Positions 49,398-59,075 of a stretch of DNA of 64,000 bases are shown here, piece after piece. The number at the start of each line of letters is the position of its first letter. The stretch's first letter is position 1. The translations under genes were made by a program, and so were the position numbers. A model generated the notes under the pieces. It was given only the letters and a program-made list of their open reading frames with translations, did not search any database and was not told the DNA's origin. Source of the stretch: a virus; IMG/VR virus record IMGVR_UViG_3300028394_000037; one strand, written 5' to 3'.

Positions 49398-50122
49398 ATT
49401 GTAGTCACTCCCCTTTGAGATACAACTTTTGAGGCACACTGATTTGCATACTTAATACTATCCCCAACATCATCAGTCTCTAAAAATTTAACTACAAATG
49501 CAGATATGAAGGTATCTCCTGCACCAGATAAATCCCGTACTTCTACTTTCTTTGTTGGGTATCTTTTCCCCCGATACTCACAACCCAATCCTCCCATTGT
49601 ATGAATAATTTTTTCCGATAACTCTTTAGTCAAAAACTGTTTTGAATTTTCATATTCAACATCATTAATTTTAATGAATCTTGCTTTGCTCGCCCAATCA
49701 CCAAGAATTTTTTTAGTATCAATAAAAACATTAGGATGATTTTCACAAATATAACTAATATCTTCTGAGGTTAAAAATCCTTTATTATAGTCAGATATTA
49801 CAATAGCATCATAATCTAGATCTATTTTTTTAACATTTGTTCTTTTTATTTCTTGAGTGGTATCAACTCTAAAAAACATATGATTAGTTTCTTGATGAAC
49901 ATATCTGGTTTTGGTTAGTTGATACCAATCCTTATTTGTATGAATATCAACCTTTCCATATATACTTTCAATATTTCTACGAACGTTTCCAGCCATTCCC
50001 GGATTTTCTCTTTGATCTATAATGTTTAATACTGGAACAGGTGCTTCTGGACATAATCTATTAGAATTACAATATACAAAAATGTCTCTGCAACTTTCAC
50101 CAATTACAAGAATTTTCTTCAT
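49394..50122 (-). CDS. PfkB-family heptose kinase, RfaE domain I/HldA-like
   Basis: RL.PEAPVPV; G.A.NV; SDY.KG; D.SGAGDT. Confidence 0.85.
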   Translation of the reverse strand: MKKILVIGESCRDIFVYCNSNRLCPEAPVPVLNIIDQRENPGMAGNVRRNIESIYGKVDIHTNKDWYQLTKTRYVHQETNHMFFRVDTTQEIKRTNVKKIDLDYDAIVISDYNKGFLTSEDISYICENHPNVFIDTKKILGDWASKARFIKINDVEYENSKQFLTKELSEKIIHTMGGLGCEYRGKRYPTKKVEVRDLSGAGDTFISAFVVKFLETDDVGDSIKYANQCASKVVSQRGVTTI

Positions 50123-50970
50123 GCATCACCAAGATAAGATTTGTAAAAATAAGCAATATCTTGTGGAGAGTGTGGATTAAAGTAGGAATACATAAATCCA
50201 CAGTTTCCACTCAATAAATTAGAAGTGATATTTGCATCATGAGTTTTCACATACAATTTTTCTTTTGGAAGTCTTTTTGACGACAAGATAGAACAGAAAG
50301 AATCACATCCGGCATAATATTCACAGTGTGCGACAAGATCTACAACTAATTGAATATTTGGATTAACCAAAAGATCATAGTTAGACAAAGGAATATTAAT
50401 CTCATGATCAGAAATTACAATGACTTTCAAATTTGTTTTCTGAGATAATTCTTCAACAAAGTTCCAATCTCTATCATCAATTTGACATATATCTTGCTTT
50501 GGTCTTGTAGAGGTTGGATAATGAAATAATATGTAATTTTTGTGTGGAGGAAGTTTTGCGTACTTCAAAAAAGTGGACTCATAAAAAAGTTGCTCTTTAG
50601 GTAATCCTCTTTTTACTCCATCACAAACTTCAGCAAAAGTTCCTGCAACATCGATTGCTTGAACTTCATCTGAATTTAATCCAAATAGAGATAATCCGAT
50701 TTGAAAACTTCTAGCAAAGTCAGGTCTGAAATGCCAAAAAGGAACAGCAATAGGATGAAGTTGATGCATTGCATTTTTTCCAATTTCATCATCAATAAAA
50801 TATTGATTTTTTAAATTTGGATATCCTGGATTGTTTTCCATCAAAGGAGCAAGAACTTTTCCAAATCTACATGCCCAATAGATTTCTGCTATACTCTCTC
50901 GCTCCTCTTCAACCAAAAGGGAATCTAGACACAGCATGTCCCCAATTCCCACAGAAAGATACGTCTTCAT
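50119..50970 (-). CDS. Putative glycosyltransferase (GT-B/GT9-like)
   Basis: N-terminal GIGD and C-terminal G.DS motifs; island context. Confidence 0.4.
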   Translation of the reverse strand: MKTYLSVGIGDMLCLDSLLVEEERESIAEIYWACRFGKVLAPLMENNPGYPNLKNQYFIDDEIGKNAMHQLHPIAVPFWHFRPDFARSFQIGLSLFGLNSDEVQAIDVAGTFAEVCDGVKRGLPKEQLFYESTFLKYAKLPPHKNYILFHYPTSTRPKQDICQIDDRDWNFVEELSQKTNLKVIVISDHEINIPLSNYDLLVNPNIQLVVDLVAHCEYYAGCDSFCSILSSKRLPKEKLYVKTHDANITSNLLSGNCGFMYSYFNPHSPQDIAYFYKSYLGDA

Positions 50971-52172
50971 CAGAAAAACTTTTTATGCTCAACAACCATT
51001 ACTGGCCTATCACTCTTTTGTGCATATCGATATGCTGCAAGAACTTCATCTGGACTTTGAGGATCTAACACAGGGAAATCTACCATTTCGCGGAATAGAT
51101 TAGTGAAATCTTGTTCGTGTGTTGGACCAGAGTAGAAGAGAGTGCTATCGTCAACAACTGTTTTGAGAATAACAGGGCACTTAAATTCACCATGAGAAAT
51201 TCTTTCAATTTTATCTACATGATTACCAATTGCATCAGCAGCAACAAGCATAAAATCATGCCTCTCAAAATACACTACAGGTCTGAATCCCTCAAAAGAC
51301 ATACCAATTGCGAGACCAACCATAAGATTTTCTGCGACTGGAGTTTCAATCTTTTGATCAAGACTTACATTTTTGAGGGTTTCCATTGCATCACCGGGAA
51401 CAATACTATACCCAATAAAAATATTCCCATCGTCTCCCATTTCAGTCATTGCTAGAGTCACAGACTCTTTGAATGAAAGATCAGTTTTTTGAATATCAAA
51501 ATTTACAGGACGTTCCTCAAGACGCGGGAAATATTCTTCATCTGTTTTCATTACAGATTTCATAACACTCAAAGGAGCAAAGTTTCCTGTGCGAATGTGT
51601 GGTCTACTTTTATTATAGTGATACCTAAGAACGCAAGGGGGCCATTGAATATCATCATCTTTCCCCCACCGCGACTTCTTGGATGCATTAACTGCCATTC
51701 CATCATCTTCGATAACAAAAGTTACTGGGAGATCCCAACCATCTACATAACGAACTGCTTCAGCAAAATGTCCTGTATCCTCAATTCCATCCCCAATAAA
51801 GCACCAAACTCTTTGATTTGATTTTTTTCTTTTCAGAGCGTATCCAATTCCAACGGCAATGCCAGGGGTTCCGCCAATGATAGCAGAAACATAAAAGTTT
51901 CGTTTACGGTCAAACATAAACATGCTTCTACCTTTGCGAATTTTATCCTCTACCTCCTCGGGTGGAATTCCGTGAAGAAGTGCATGATAGGAATTTCTAT
52001 GAGTGGAAAGAACATAATCTCCCTCATTAATATTTGCAAAAATGTCAATTAATTGTTGTTCATTTCCACCACACAGATGAACGGTAAATGGCAGATATCC
52101 AGCATCATGAACTTCTGCGATGTGATCAGAAAACTCAATTAGTTTTTCTGGTGTCCAATCAGTTCCTCGCAT
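50970..52172 (-). CDS. Fused TPP-dependent enzyme (E1-alpha-like plus transketolase pyrimidine-binding domain)
   Basis: STHR..H; GRSM; IGDG TPP motif; ETPVAEN.M.G.A.G...G.RPV; G.TH. Confidence 0.8.
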   Translation of the reverse strand: MRGTDWTPEKLIEFSDHIAEVHDAGYLPFTVHLCGGNEQQLIDIFANINEGDYVLSTHRNSYHALLHGIPPEEVEDKIRKGRSMFMFDRKRNFYVSAIIGGTPGIAVGIGYALKRKKSNQRVWCFIGDGIEDTGHFAEAVRYVDGWDLPVTFVIEDDGMAVNASKKSRWGKDDDIQWPPCVLRYHYNKSRPHIRTGNFAPLSVMKSVMKTDEEYFPRLEERPVNFDIQKTDLSFKESVTLAMTEMGDDGNIFIGYSIVPGDAMETLKNVSLDQKIETPVAENLMVGLAIGMSFEGFRPVVYFERHDFMLVAADAIGNHVDKIERISHGEFKCPVILKTVVDDSTLFYSGPTHEQDFTNLFREMVDFPVLDPQSPDEVLAAYRYAQKSDRPVMVVEHKKFF

Positions 52173-52177
52173 GTTTT

Positions 52178-53188
52178 TTATTCTCCTATTTTAATCATAA
52201 TTCTACCAGCATTTCCAGTTTTTAGCAAGTCAAATGCTTCGTTAATTTGGTCTAATGTAAATGTATGTGTTATTAGTTTACTTACATCCAATAGTCCTTC
52301 CTTATGTAGTCTAATATACCGAGGGATGTCTTCCTGAGGATTTGTTCTACCACCTTGAGTTGCTTTAATACTTTGTCCTATTCCATTAAAAAGATTGACG
52401 GCATTCATTACTTCAAGAAACTTTCCTGGAGCAGGTTGTCCTACAAGAATCATTCTACCAGTATTTGATAGAATAGAAATACCTTGACTAATAACTTCTG
52501 GAATTCCCGTAGTATCAATTACAATATCCACCTTTCCTTCAATTTGATCGATAGAAGTATAGAACTTACTTGCACCAATATCAAGACACATCTGTTCTTT
52601 ACTGATATTATTATCCACTGCAATAATAGGGCAAGCACTCTTCATTGCTGCTGCCTGAATCAAATTCAGACCAACACCACCAGTTCCAATAACTGCAACA
52701 CTCTCACCAAATTTCAAATCAACTTCATTATCAATAATTCCCATAGCAGTCGTAAGAGCACAACCAAGAATGGCACAAAGTTCGGGGGGAGTATCTTGTG
52801 GAACTGATGTCAATCTATTTTCAGAAACAATAGAGTATTCATTGAGAGTAGTGACCTTACCACTGCTCATAGATTTTCCATCAAGAACATAACTTGGGAA
52901 TGGTGCCTCAATGCCAGTTCCAGGACGCCAGTGCATTACAACCTTATCACCCACTTTAACAGTTGTTACACCGTCTCCGACTGCCTCAACAACTCCACAA
53001 CCTTCATGTCCCATCAAATGTGGAAGGAACTTAGCATTTCCTTTATGCCCCCTAATCTCATGAAGTTGGGCACCACATAGTCCACTTACAAGAACTTTAA
53101 CAAGAACTTGACCAACTTTGAGTTCGGTCAATTCAACATCCTTTACTGCAAGAGGTGCATCAATTTTTACCAATACTGCTGCTTTCAT
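52178..53188 (-). CDS. Zn-dependent alcohol dehydrogenase (MDR family)
   Basis: GLCG; GHEG.G.VE.VG; GCA..T; G.GGVG. Confidence 0.9.
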   Translation of the reverse strand: MKAAVLVKIDAPLAVKDVELTELKVGQVLVKVLVSGLCGAQLHEIRGHKGNAKFLPHLMGHEGCGVVEAVGDGVTTVKVGDKVVMHWRPGTGIEAPFPSYVLDGKSMSSGKVTTLNEYSIVSENRLTSVPQDTPPELCAILGCALTTAMGIIDNEVDLKFGESVAVIGTGGVGLNLIQAAAMKSACPIIAVDNNISKEQMCLDIGASKFYTSIDQIEGKVDIVIDTTGIPEVISQGISILSNTGRMILVGQPAPGKFLEVMNAVNLFNGIGQSIKATQGGRTNPQEDIPRYIRLHKEGLLDVSKLITHTFTLDQINEAFDLLKTGNAGRIMIKIGE

Positions 53189-53193
53189 AATCT

Positions 53194-53949
53194 TTAATTA
53201 ATATACTTCCATTTTTTACTACAATGGTCTTTCATATAAGAAAAATCATTTGCTCTATTTTGTGGTGTTGGTTTTGCGTAAATGTAAACATTTTCCAAAT
53301 TAAGTTTTTCTAAAATGTAGTATACAGATGTTTCTACGGTGTGAATTTCTTTGGCGTTTTCAAATACTTTAATCCAATCAAATAAATTTACATCATCATA
53401 AAATTCCATGTAAATATTTTGATAATCATTACTTGGAATTAAATCATCTCTGGTTCCATAATTAGGATATGTTCCAGAATTTTTATTAATAAGATTATAT
53501 GGTTTTGTTATATCCAAACCAATTCTTTGAATTAAATTATTTTCTCTTTCTTCATTTCGGTTGAAATTCAAATAATTTTTCCAATCTAAGTAATCAACAT
53601 TGCAAAAATCGTACTTCATGTGTCCATGTGCTAAGTTGTTATTATGACACTTACATACTTTTTGAACATAGTCAGATGTTTGGAGTGGGACAAACAAATA
53701 TTCATCAGTCTGCACCATGTATAAACTGTCTGAATTATAAATTTCTTTATAAGGAAATTCTTGATTTTCATCAACAAACTCAACACCATCTGCAATCATA
53801 TAATTTTTCAAATAAGAATATGTTGAAGTGACTGGCCAGATAACTTTTTTATATTCGGTTTCTGTTCTGACAGATTGTGCTATTTTTTGGCAGAAAAATA
53901 TATCTCCAATTCCTGCAGGTTGTTTAATTATACAAACTTTATGATTCAT
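53194..53949 (-). CDS. Hypothetical protein, possible glycosyltransferase
   Basis: N-terminal GIGDI; C-terminal A..IHTV.TS; island context. Confidence 0.4.
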   Translation of the reverse strand: MNHKVCIIKQPAGIGDIFFCQKIAQSVRTETEYKKVIWPVTSTYSYLKNYMIADGVEFVDENQEFPYKEIYNSDSLYMVQTDEYLFVPLQTSDYVQKVCKCHNNNLAHGHMKYDFCNVDYLDWKNYLNFNRNEERENNLIQRIGLDITKPYNLINKNSGTYPNYGTRDDLIPSNDYQNIYMEFYDDVNLFDWIKVFENAKEIHTVETSVYYILEKLNLENVYIYAKPTPQNRANDFSYMKDHCSKKWKYIN

Positions 53950-54574
53950 CTAATTTAACCTTCCAATAACTATCCCATTCTCTTTCATCAGATGGAATAT
54001 CTTTTTCTTTAACTATTGTTCCATTTAATCTACCCAAAGAAGCATGAATAAATTCATAATTTTCAGATAAAATTTGTTTGAATTCATCAAATTGATTATC
54101 TAATCCATCATACAGTTCAAAACCATTTCCATGAGTTTCTAAAAAAAGTTCTCCAATTTTTTTAGAATCAATAAAATCTTTAACAGTTTTTAATACATTT
54201 AAATCACTACCTTGAATATCTGATAGATAATAATCAATATATTCTACATTATTATCTTTTAAATATTTTCCCAGGTTGATTGTTTTTACTGTTATTTTTT
54301 TAAGCATTTCTGGGCATCCCAATTCCTTTTCACGTAAAGAAACATCTGCCAAACTACTTGAAACTCTATTGGGAGTGACATAAAAATCTTGTTCTCCATC
54401 AGATTCGGAACAAGCAGCATTAACTAAAGTAACCCATTCAAATTGTTTAAATCTTTTATTTAATTCGATAAACATTTCTGGGTCTGCTTCAAATGCATAT
54501 ACAGAATCATACTTATCAAACATTCCCCACAGAGAATTTCCAACATTAGTGCCAACGTAAACTAAAGTACTCAT
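53939..54574 (-). CDS. FkbM-family SAM methyltransferase
   Basis: VG.N.G; FEA.P; N.A; D.QG.D..VL. Confidence 0.8.
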   Translation of the reverse strand: MSTLVYVGTNVGNSLWGMFDKYDSVYAFEADPEMFIELNKRFKQFEWVTLVNAACSESDGEQDFYVTPNRVSSSLADVSLREKELGCPEMLKKITVKTINLGKYLKDNNVEYIDYYLSDIQGSDLNVLKTVKDFIDSKKIGELFLETHGNGFELYDGLDNQFDEFKQILSENYEFIHASLGRLNGTIVKEKDIPSDEREWDSYWKVKLDES

Positions 54575-54578
54575 AAAA

Positions 54579-55166
54579 TTATCCTTTTTTAGTAATTAAA
54601 ATTGACATACAATCATATCCAATATATGTTTTATATTTAACTTCATAATTTTTAAAGCATGAAACAATATTTTCTATAGAGATATCATCCCAACCAATCC
54701 AACCTCCACCAAATAAACGATAATCATCAATTACTATGATTCCAGAATCTGGTTGATAAAAATTATCAATAGAAGCACATTCTTTAAATAAGGGACACGA
54801 TTCGATGCCAAGAGCAGTATCTCCACCAGACCAATGACCATCAAGCCAAAAAACTGATTTATCTTTAGATTCAATACATTTTTGTAGAATCAAAGGCAAA
54901 ATATCTATAGTATCTCCAAAGTGATTGATAATTTTTTTATAGTTTTTTTCTTCAATAATTTTATCAAATCGTTCGTAATATTTTTGATCCAATTCAATTG
55001 TATGAAGAGTTTCAAATTCATTATATAATTTTTCTGGAGTTTCACCAGAATTAGTACCAGACTCCACAAACATCGTATATTCAGTTTTATCTTCACCAAA
55101 ATCAGAAATTATTTGCTGCAACATTTCTGGATATAATCCACCCTCGGTCCTTTTTTCAGTTGTCAT
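54579..55166 (-). CDS. Methyltransferase-like protein
   Basis: FVE.GT..G; TIELD; GD; FWLDGHWSGG; I.IDD.R. Confidence 0.6.
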   Translation of the reverse strand: MTTEKRTEGGLYPEMLQQIISDFGEDKTEYTMFVESGTNSGETPEKLYNEFETLHTIELDQKYYERFDKIIEEKNYKKIINHFGDTIDILPLILQKCIESKDKSVFWLDGHWSGGDTALGIESCPLFKECASIDNFYQPDSGIIVIDDYRLFGGGWIGWDDISIENIVSCFKNYEVKYKTYIGYDCMSILITKKG

Positions 55167-55962
55167 TGAAATAATTTCTCCAAATAAAATCTTCTAAAAT
55201 TTCCATTTTTTTAACCCTTTCCAAGTTATCTTTGATAGCATCCATCTTACTATAATACAATTCATCAGAAACGTCAAACTCTTCACTTAGGTCAATAATA
55301 CCATCTTTATTAAAATAATCTCCAATATTAGGAGCACCAAGATAGACAGGAATAGTTCCTGTAGCAAAACAATCCAAAAGTTTTTCTGTAAAATATGTTT
55401 CATATTCGGCATTCTCAATCGCAATAGAAAACATATAATCACAAAGACCTTCTTCTTTAGTTGAAATTTCATTGAAACCACGTCCAAAGAAATCAACTTG
55501 ATCTTTAAGTCTCTCAACCCATTCAAGACGCTTACGATGGCCCTCACACATATTTTTGTTGGATGCAATCATAGAAATGATTTTTGTCTTATCATATACT
55601 TTCAGATCTTTAATCCAAGTTCCTTGTGCAGGAACCCATTTAAATTTATCTGGATCAATCTCAATGAGTTCTTGATTGTGAGTAAAAATGATATCAAATG
55701 TATTCATTACTAAATTTGAATTCAACTTAACCCAATCAGTAATTTGAGGAAGAATTGCAGCAGATTCAAGAATCCAAGCATATTTGGGTCCAGATCGTGA
55801 ATCATCAAATGATAGTCCAATAGCAGAATCAATGTAAAAAGTTCCATCACCACCATCATCAACCCATTCAGTAAATTTAGAACTTTTTCCTGCTACTGAA
55901 CATTTAGGAGCATCAATATAATTGAAAGTATTTCCAACAAGATTAAATTTATGCTTTTGCAT
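55156..55962 (-). CDS. Glycosyltransferase family 10-like
   Basis: Y.FSIAIEN....YFTEKL.DCF..GT.P.Y.G motif. Confidence 0.8.
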   Translation of the reverse strand: MQKHKFNLVGNTFNYIDAPKCSVAGKSSKFTEWVDDGGDGTFYIDSAIGLSFDDSRSGPKYAWILESAAILPQITDWVKLNSNLVMNTFDIIFTHNQELIEIDPDKFKWVPAQGTWIKDLKVYDKTKIISMIASNKNMCEGHRKRLEWVERLKDQVDFFGRGFNEISTKEEGLCDYMFSIAIENAEYETYFTEKLLDCFATGTIPVYLGAPNIGDYFNKDGIIDLSEEFDVSDELYYSKMDAIKDNLERVKKMEILEDFIWRNYFNDN

Positions 55963-57001
55963 TTATTTGCTCCACAATCCAATCATAAGTTTTTGAAATT
56001 CCTTCCTCTAAACTTTGAGAATAATCCCAACCAAGTTCTCTACGAACTACGTCATTATTAGAATTGCGACCACGAACACCAAGAGGTGCATCCAACTTGT
56101 GCATTTTTTGCACATCTTTACCTGCAACTTTTGCAGCAGTTTCCACAAGTTGATTGATAGTTACCATTTCTTCTGAACCAATATTGACTGGTCCAATGAA
56201 ATCAGATTCCATCATACGACGAGTTGCTTCAATACATTCATCAATATAAAGGAATGAGCGAGTCTGTTTACCGTCTCCCCATACTTCAATACTTCCACCT
56301 TCTTCAGGAAGGTATGCTACTTTACGACAGATTGCTGCTGGTGCTTTCTCACGTCCACCTTCCCATGTTCCTTCGGGTCCAAAGATATTATGATAACGAG
56401 ATACCCTAACAGGTATGCCATGATTCCTATGATAGGCAAAGTAAAGTCTTTCTGAAAAAAGTTTTTCCCAACCATATTCAGAGTCTGGTGCAGCAGGATA
56501 AGCAGATTCTTCACGGCAGTCGGGATTATCAGGATCAAGTTGATTATGCTCTGGATACATACATGCAGAACCAGAATAGAAGATCTTGGTCTTATTGACA
56601 CCAATCCGTTCATTCATTTTATGTTGCATCTCAAGAACATTGAGATTAATTGTAACTGAATTATGCATAATGCCTGCATCATTTTCTCCAGTGAAAACAA
56701 ATCCAGCTCCACCCATATCAGCAGCAAACTGATAGATCTCATCAAATGATTGAATATAACGATAAGGAACCGAATGATAGAAGTTGCCCCTATCGCCCTT
56801 ATATTCAAGAACACGACGAACAAAATCTACATCACGAAGATCTCCCTGAACAAATTCATTTGCTTCAGTAAGAGAATACTCAGGCCTCTTGAGATCTACG
56901 CCTCGGACCCAGTATCCTTCGGAACGTAGTCTTTTAACCATATGACTTCCAATAAATCCACCAGCACCAAGAACAAGTGCCTTTTTAGTACAATTTGCCA
57001 T
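55949..57001 (-). CDS. GDP-mannose 3,5-epimerase-like NAD-dependent epimerase
   Basis: GAGGFIG.H; AADMGG.GF; SAC.YP; YGWEKL; GGREKAPAA.CRK; GVRGRNS. Confidence 0.85.
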   Translation of the reverse strand: MANCTKKALVLGAGGFIGSHMVKRLRSEGYWVRGVDLKRPEYSLTEANEFVQGDLRDVDFVRRVLEYKGDRGNFYHSVPYRYIQSFDEIYQFAADMGGAGFVFTGENDAGIMHNSVTINLNVLEMQHKMNERIGVNKTKIFYSGSACMYPEHNQLDPDNPDCREESAYPAAPDSEYGWEKLFSERLYFAYHRNHGIPVRVSRYHNIFGPEGTWEGGREKAPAAICRKVAYLPEEGGSIEVWGDGKQTRSFLYIDECIEATRRMMESDFIGPVNIGSEEMVTINQLVETAAKVAGKDVQKMHKLDAPLGVRGRNSNNDVVRRELGWDYSQSLEEGISKTYDWIVEQINAKA

Positions 57002-57017
57002 TATCAAATAAATAAGT

Positions 57018-58316
57018 TTAAAGAATTGTCTGGATGTATTTTACCACAACATCTTCTATGTAGTCAATCATTTCTTCAGTAATTACCGGGGAACATCCTA
57101 CAAAAAATACATTATCAAGAACTTTCATCGCATTTGGGTAGTTAAATGCAGATTCAAGATGACGATATGCTGGGTGAATAAGAAGATTTCCAGCAAAGTA
57201 ATTACGAGTTTGAATTTTATTATCTTCTAAGAATTTAACAAGTTCAGTTTTATCCCCATTACAAATAATGGGAACACCAAACCAACTTGTCTCTGCATCG
57301 GGAAGTTCACCAACAACACGAACTCCAGGAATTGTTTCAAAAATTTTATGAAGTCTTATTTTGTTGGATCTACGTTTTTGATGAACCTCATCAAATTTTT
57401 TAAGTTGAATAGATCCAATAGATCCAAGCATATCAATTGGTTTTAGATTATATCCAATTTGACCAAAAACATACTTATGGTCAACTACTTTATCATATCC
57501 TATCAACCAATTATCAAATCTTTTACCACAGGTTCCACAACTTAACAAATTCTGTGATCCTACACAGTAACAATCTCTACCCCACCAAGCAAAACTACGA
57601 GCAAGATCTACAACCTCTTTAATATTTGAAGATACCATACCACCTTCAATTGTAGTAATATGGTGGGCAGGATAGAAAGAGCAAGAAGAAGCAACTGCAT
57701 GATCTGTAAGATACTTACCTTTCCACTTACTACCTAAACTATCACAATTATCTGCAATTAGGTGAATATTATATTCATTACATATGCTAATAATTTCATC
57801 ATAGTTGTATGCATTTGCAAGAACTGGGGAAGAAAATAATGCTTTTGTGTTTGGTGTAATTTTTTTACGAATCTGTTCAATGTCCCAATTTAGATCGGAG
57901 TAGTCAATATCAACAAAAACTGGTTTTAGATTATTCTGGATAATAGGGTTAACAGTTGTGGGGAATCCGCAAACAGATACAATTATCTCACCACCATCAT
58001 TCCAACCAAAATATTTCTTAAGTGCTGCAATCATAACAAGATTTGCAGAACTTCCAGAGTTAACCATCACAGAATAATCAAAGTTAAATTTCTTTGAAAA
58101 CTCCTTCTCAAACTTATTTACATTTTCACCTGAAGAAAGCCACTTACCAGTTAAAAGGGTTTTTAAAGCTGCTTCAATTTCTTGGTTGTCCCAATATGGG
58201 CCAGAATAAAAGATATTGCTTTCTCCCTTTACATAATCATTGTTATAAAGATACGGAAAGAAGTTATCTTCAGTATCAAATAAATTGTCAATAAATTGTT
58301 TTACTTGTTCTTTCAT
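57018..58316 (-). CDS. rfbH: NDP-4-keto-6-deoxyhexose 3-dehydrase E1 (RfbH/DdhC)
   Basis: NSGSSANL; SFYPAHHIT (His in place of the aminotransferase Lys); Cys cluster GRDCYC...CGTCGKRF; HKY; GYNLK. Confidence 0.85.
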   Translation of the reverse strand: MKEQVKQFIDNLFDTEDNFFPYLYNNDYVKGESNIFYSGPYWDNQEIEAALKTLLTGKWLSSGENVNKFEKEFSKKFNFDYSVMVNSGSSANLVMIAALKKYFGWNDGGEIIVSVCGFPTTVNPIIQNNLKPVFVDIDYSDLNWDIEQIRKKITPNTKALFSSPVLANAYNYDEIISICNEYNIHLIADNCDSLGSKWKGKYLTDHAVASSCSFYPAHHITTIEGGMVSSNIKEVVDLARSFAWWGRDCYCVGSQNLLSCGTCGKRFDNWLIGYDKVVDHKYVFGQIGYNLKPIDMLGSIGSIQLKKFDEVHQKRRSNKIRLHKIFETIPGVRVVGELPDAETSWFGVPIICNGDKTELVKFLEDNKIQTRNYFAGNLLIHPAYRHLESAFNYPNAMKVLDNVFFVGCSPVITEEMIDYIEDVVVKYIQTIL

Positions 58317-58318
58317 GT

Positions 58319-59047
58319 TTATTCTACAATATAAGAGAAATTTTCTTTTAGGCAACCCTGCCATGCCATTTGCAAAATTCTTTCAAACCAATGCGATTCT
58401 ATTGGATTATTATTATAATCAGTATAGTGCATCATTTTTTTATAAAAATTTTTGCTGTATTTTAAAATACAATTTTTAGGAACTGCATAATTTGCACCAG
58501 GAGCAAAACTTAAAAATTTAGGAGTATTATCCATAACAAAAAGATCTTTAATAAATTCTTTAAGATTAGAAATTCTGGGATAGACTTTCATATTCCTGAT
58601 TTCTTCAAATTTTTTGCTTTCAATTTTTTCTTCCCATTCCATTGGTTGTGCAAACCAATTGTCATTGACAAATTGGGGAAAATAAGAATCGCATAATGTT
58701 CCACCATCAATAGGAACAAACCAATTAGATTCTAAAGCATAAATGAATCTTTCTTCGGTTGTATATTTTTTTTGAAGAAGATTGCCTTTAATATGTATCA
58801 TCATATCTGGTAGATTATCATAATGATCAAAAATATATCTACCAATATCATAAGGATTTGATCCTACATTTGGAGATTTTATTACTTTTCCAAGATGATC
58901 TATTTTTGATTTTTGAGGAAAATCATCAGCAGTTCTATCATAGATGATAGTGTTTTCTGGGGAAAAACCATATTCGTAAGTTAGTCTCAACCATTCCAAA
59001 TCATGATTTGCATGATTACTCACCACTAAAGTTTTAGATAGGCTCAT
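58319..59047 (-). CDS. Hypothetical glycan-related protein (DUF3431-like)
   Basis: PNVG....I..HYD.LPD; F.PG..Y.V....I; H..ER. Confidence 0.6.
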   Translation of the reverse strand: MSLSKTLVVSNHANHDLEWLRLTYEYGFSPENTIIYDRTADDFPQKSKIDHLGKVIKSPNVGSNPYDIGRYIFDHYDNLPDMMIHIKGNLLQKKYTTEERFIYALESNWFVPIDGGTLCDSYFPQFVNDNWFAQPMEWEEKIESKKFEEIRNMKVYPRISNLKEFIKDLFVMDNTPKFLSFAPGANYAVPKNCILKYSKNFYKKMMHYTDYNNNPIESHWFERILQMAWQGCLKENFSYIVE

Positions 59048-59075
59048 CAACAAATAATTATTTTTTTCATTTTTA

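Noticed and set aside
50970-52172. Pyruvate dehydrogenase auxiliary metabolic gene
   Set aside because: No E2/E3, truncated domains and glycan-cluster context favour a sugar-modifying role
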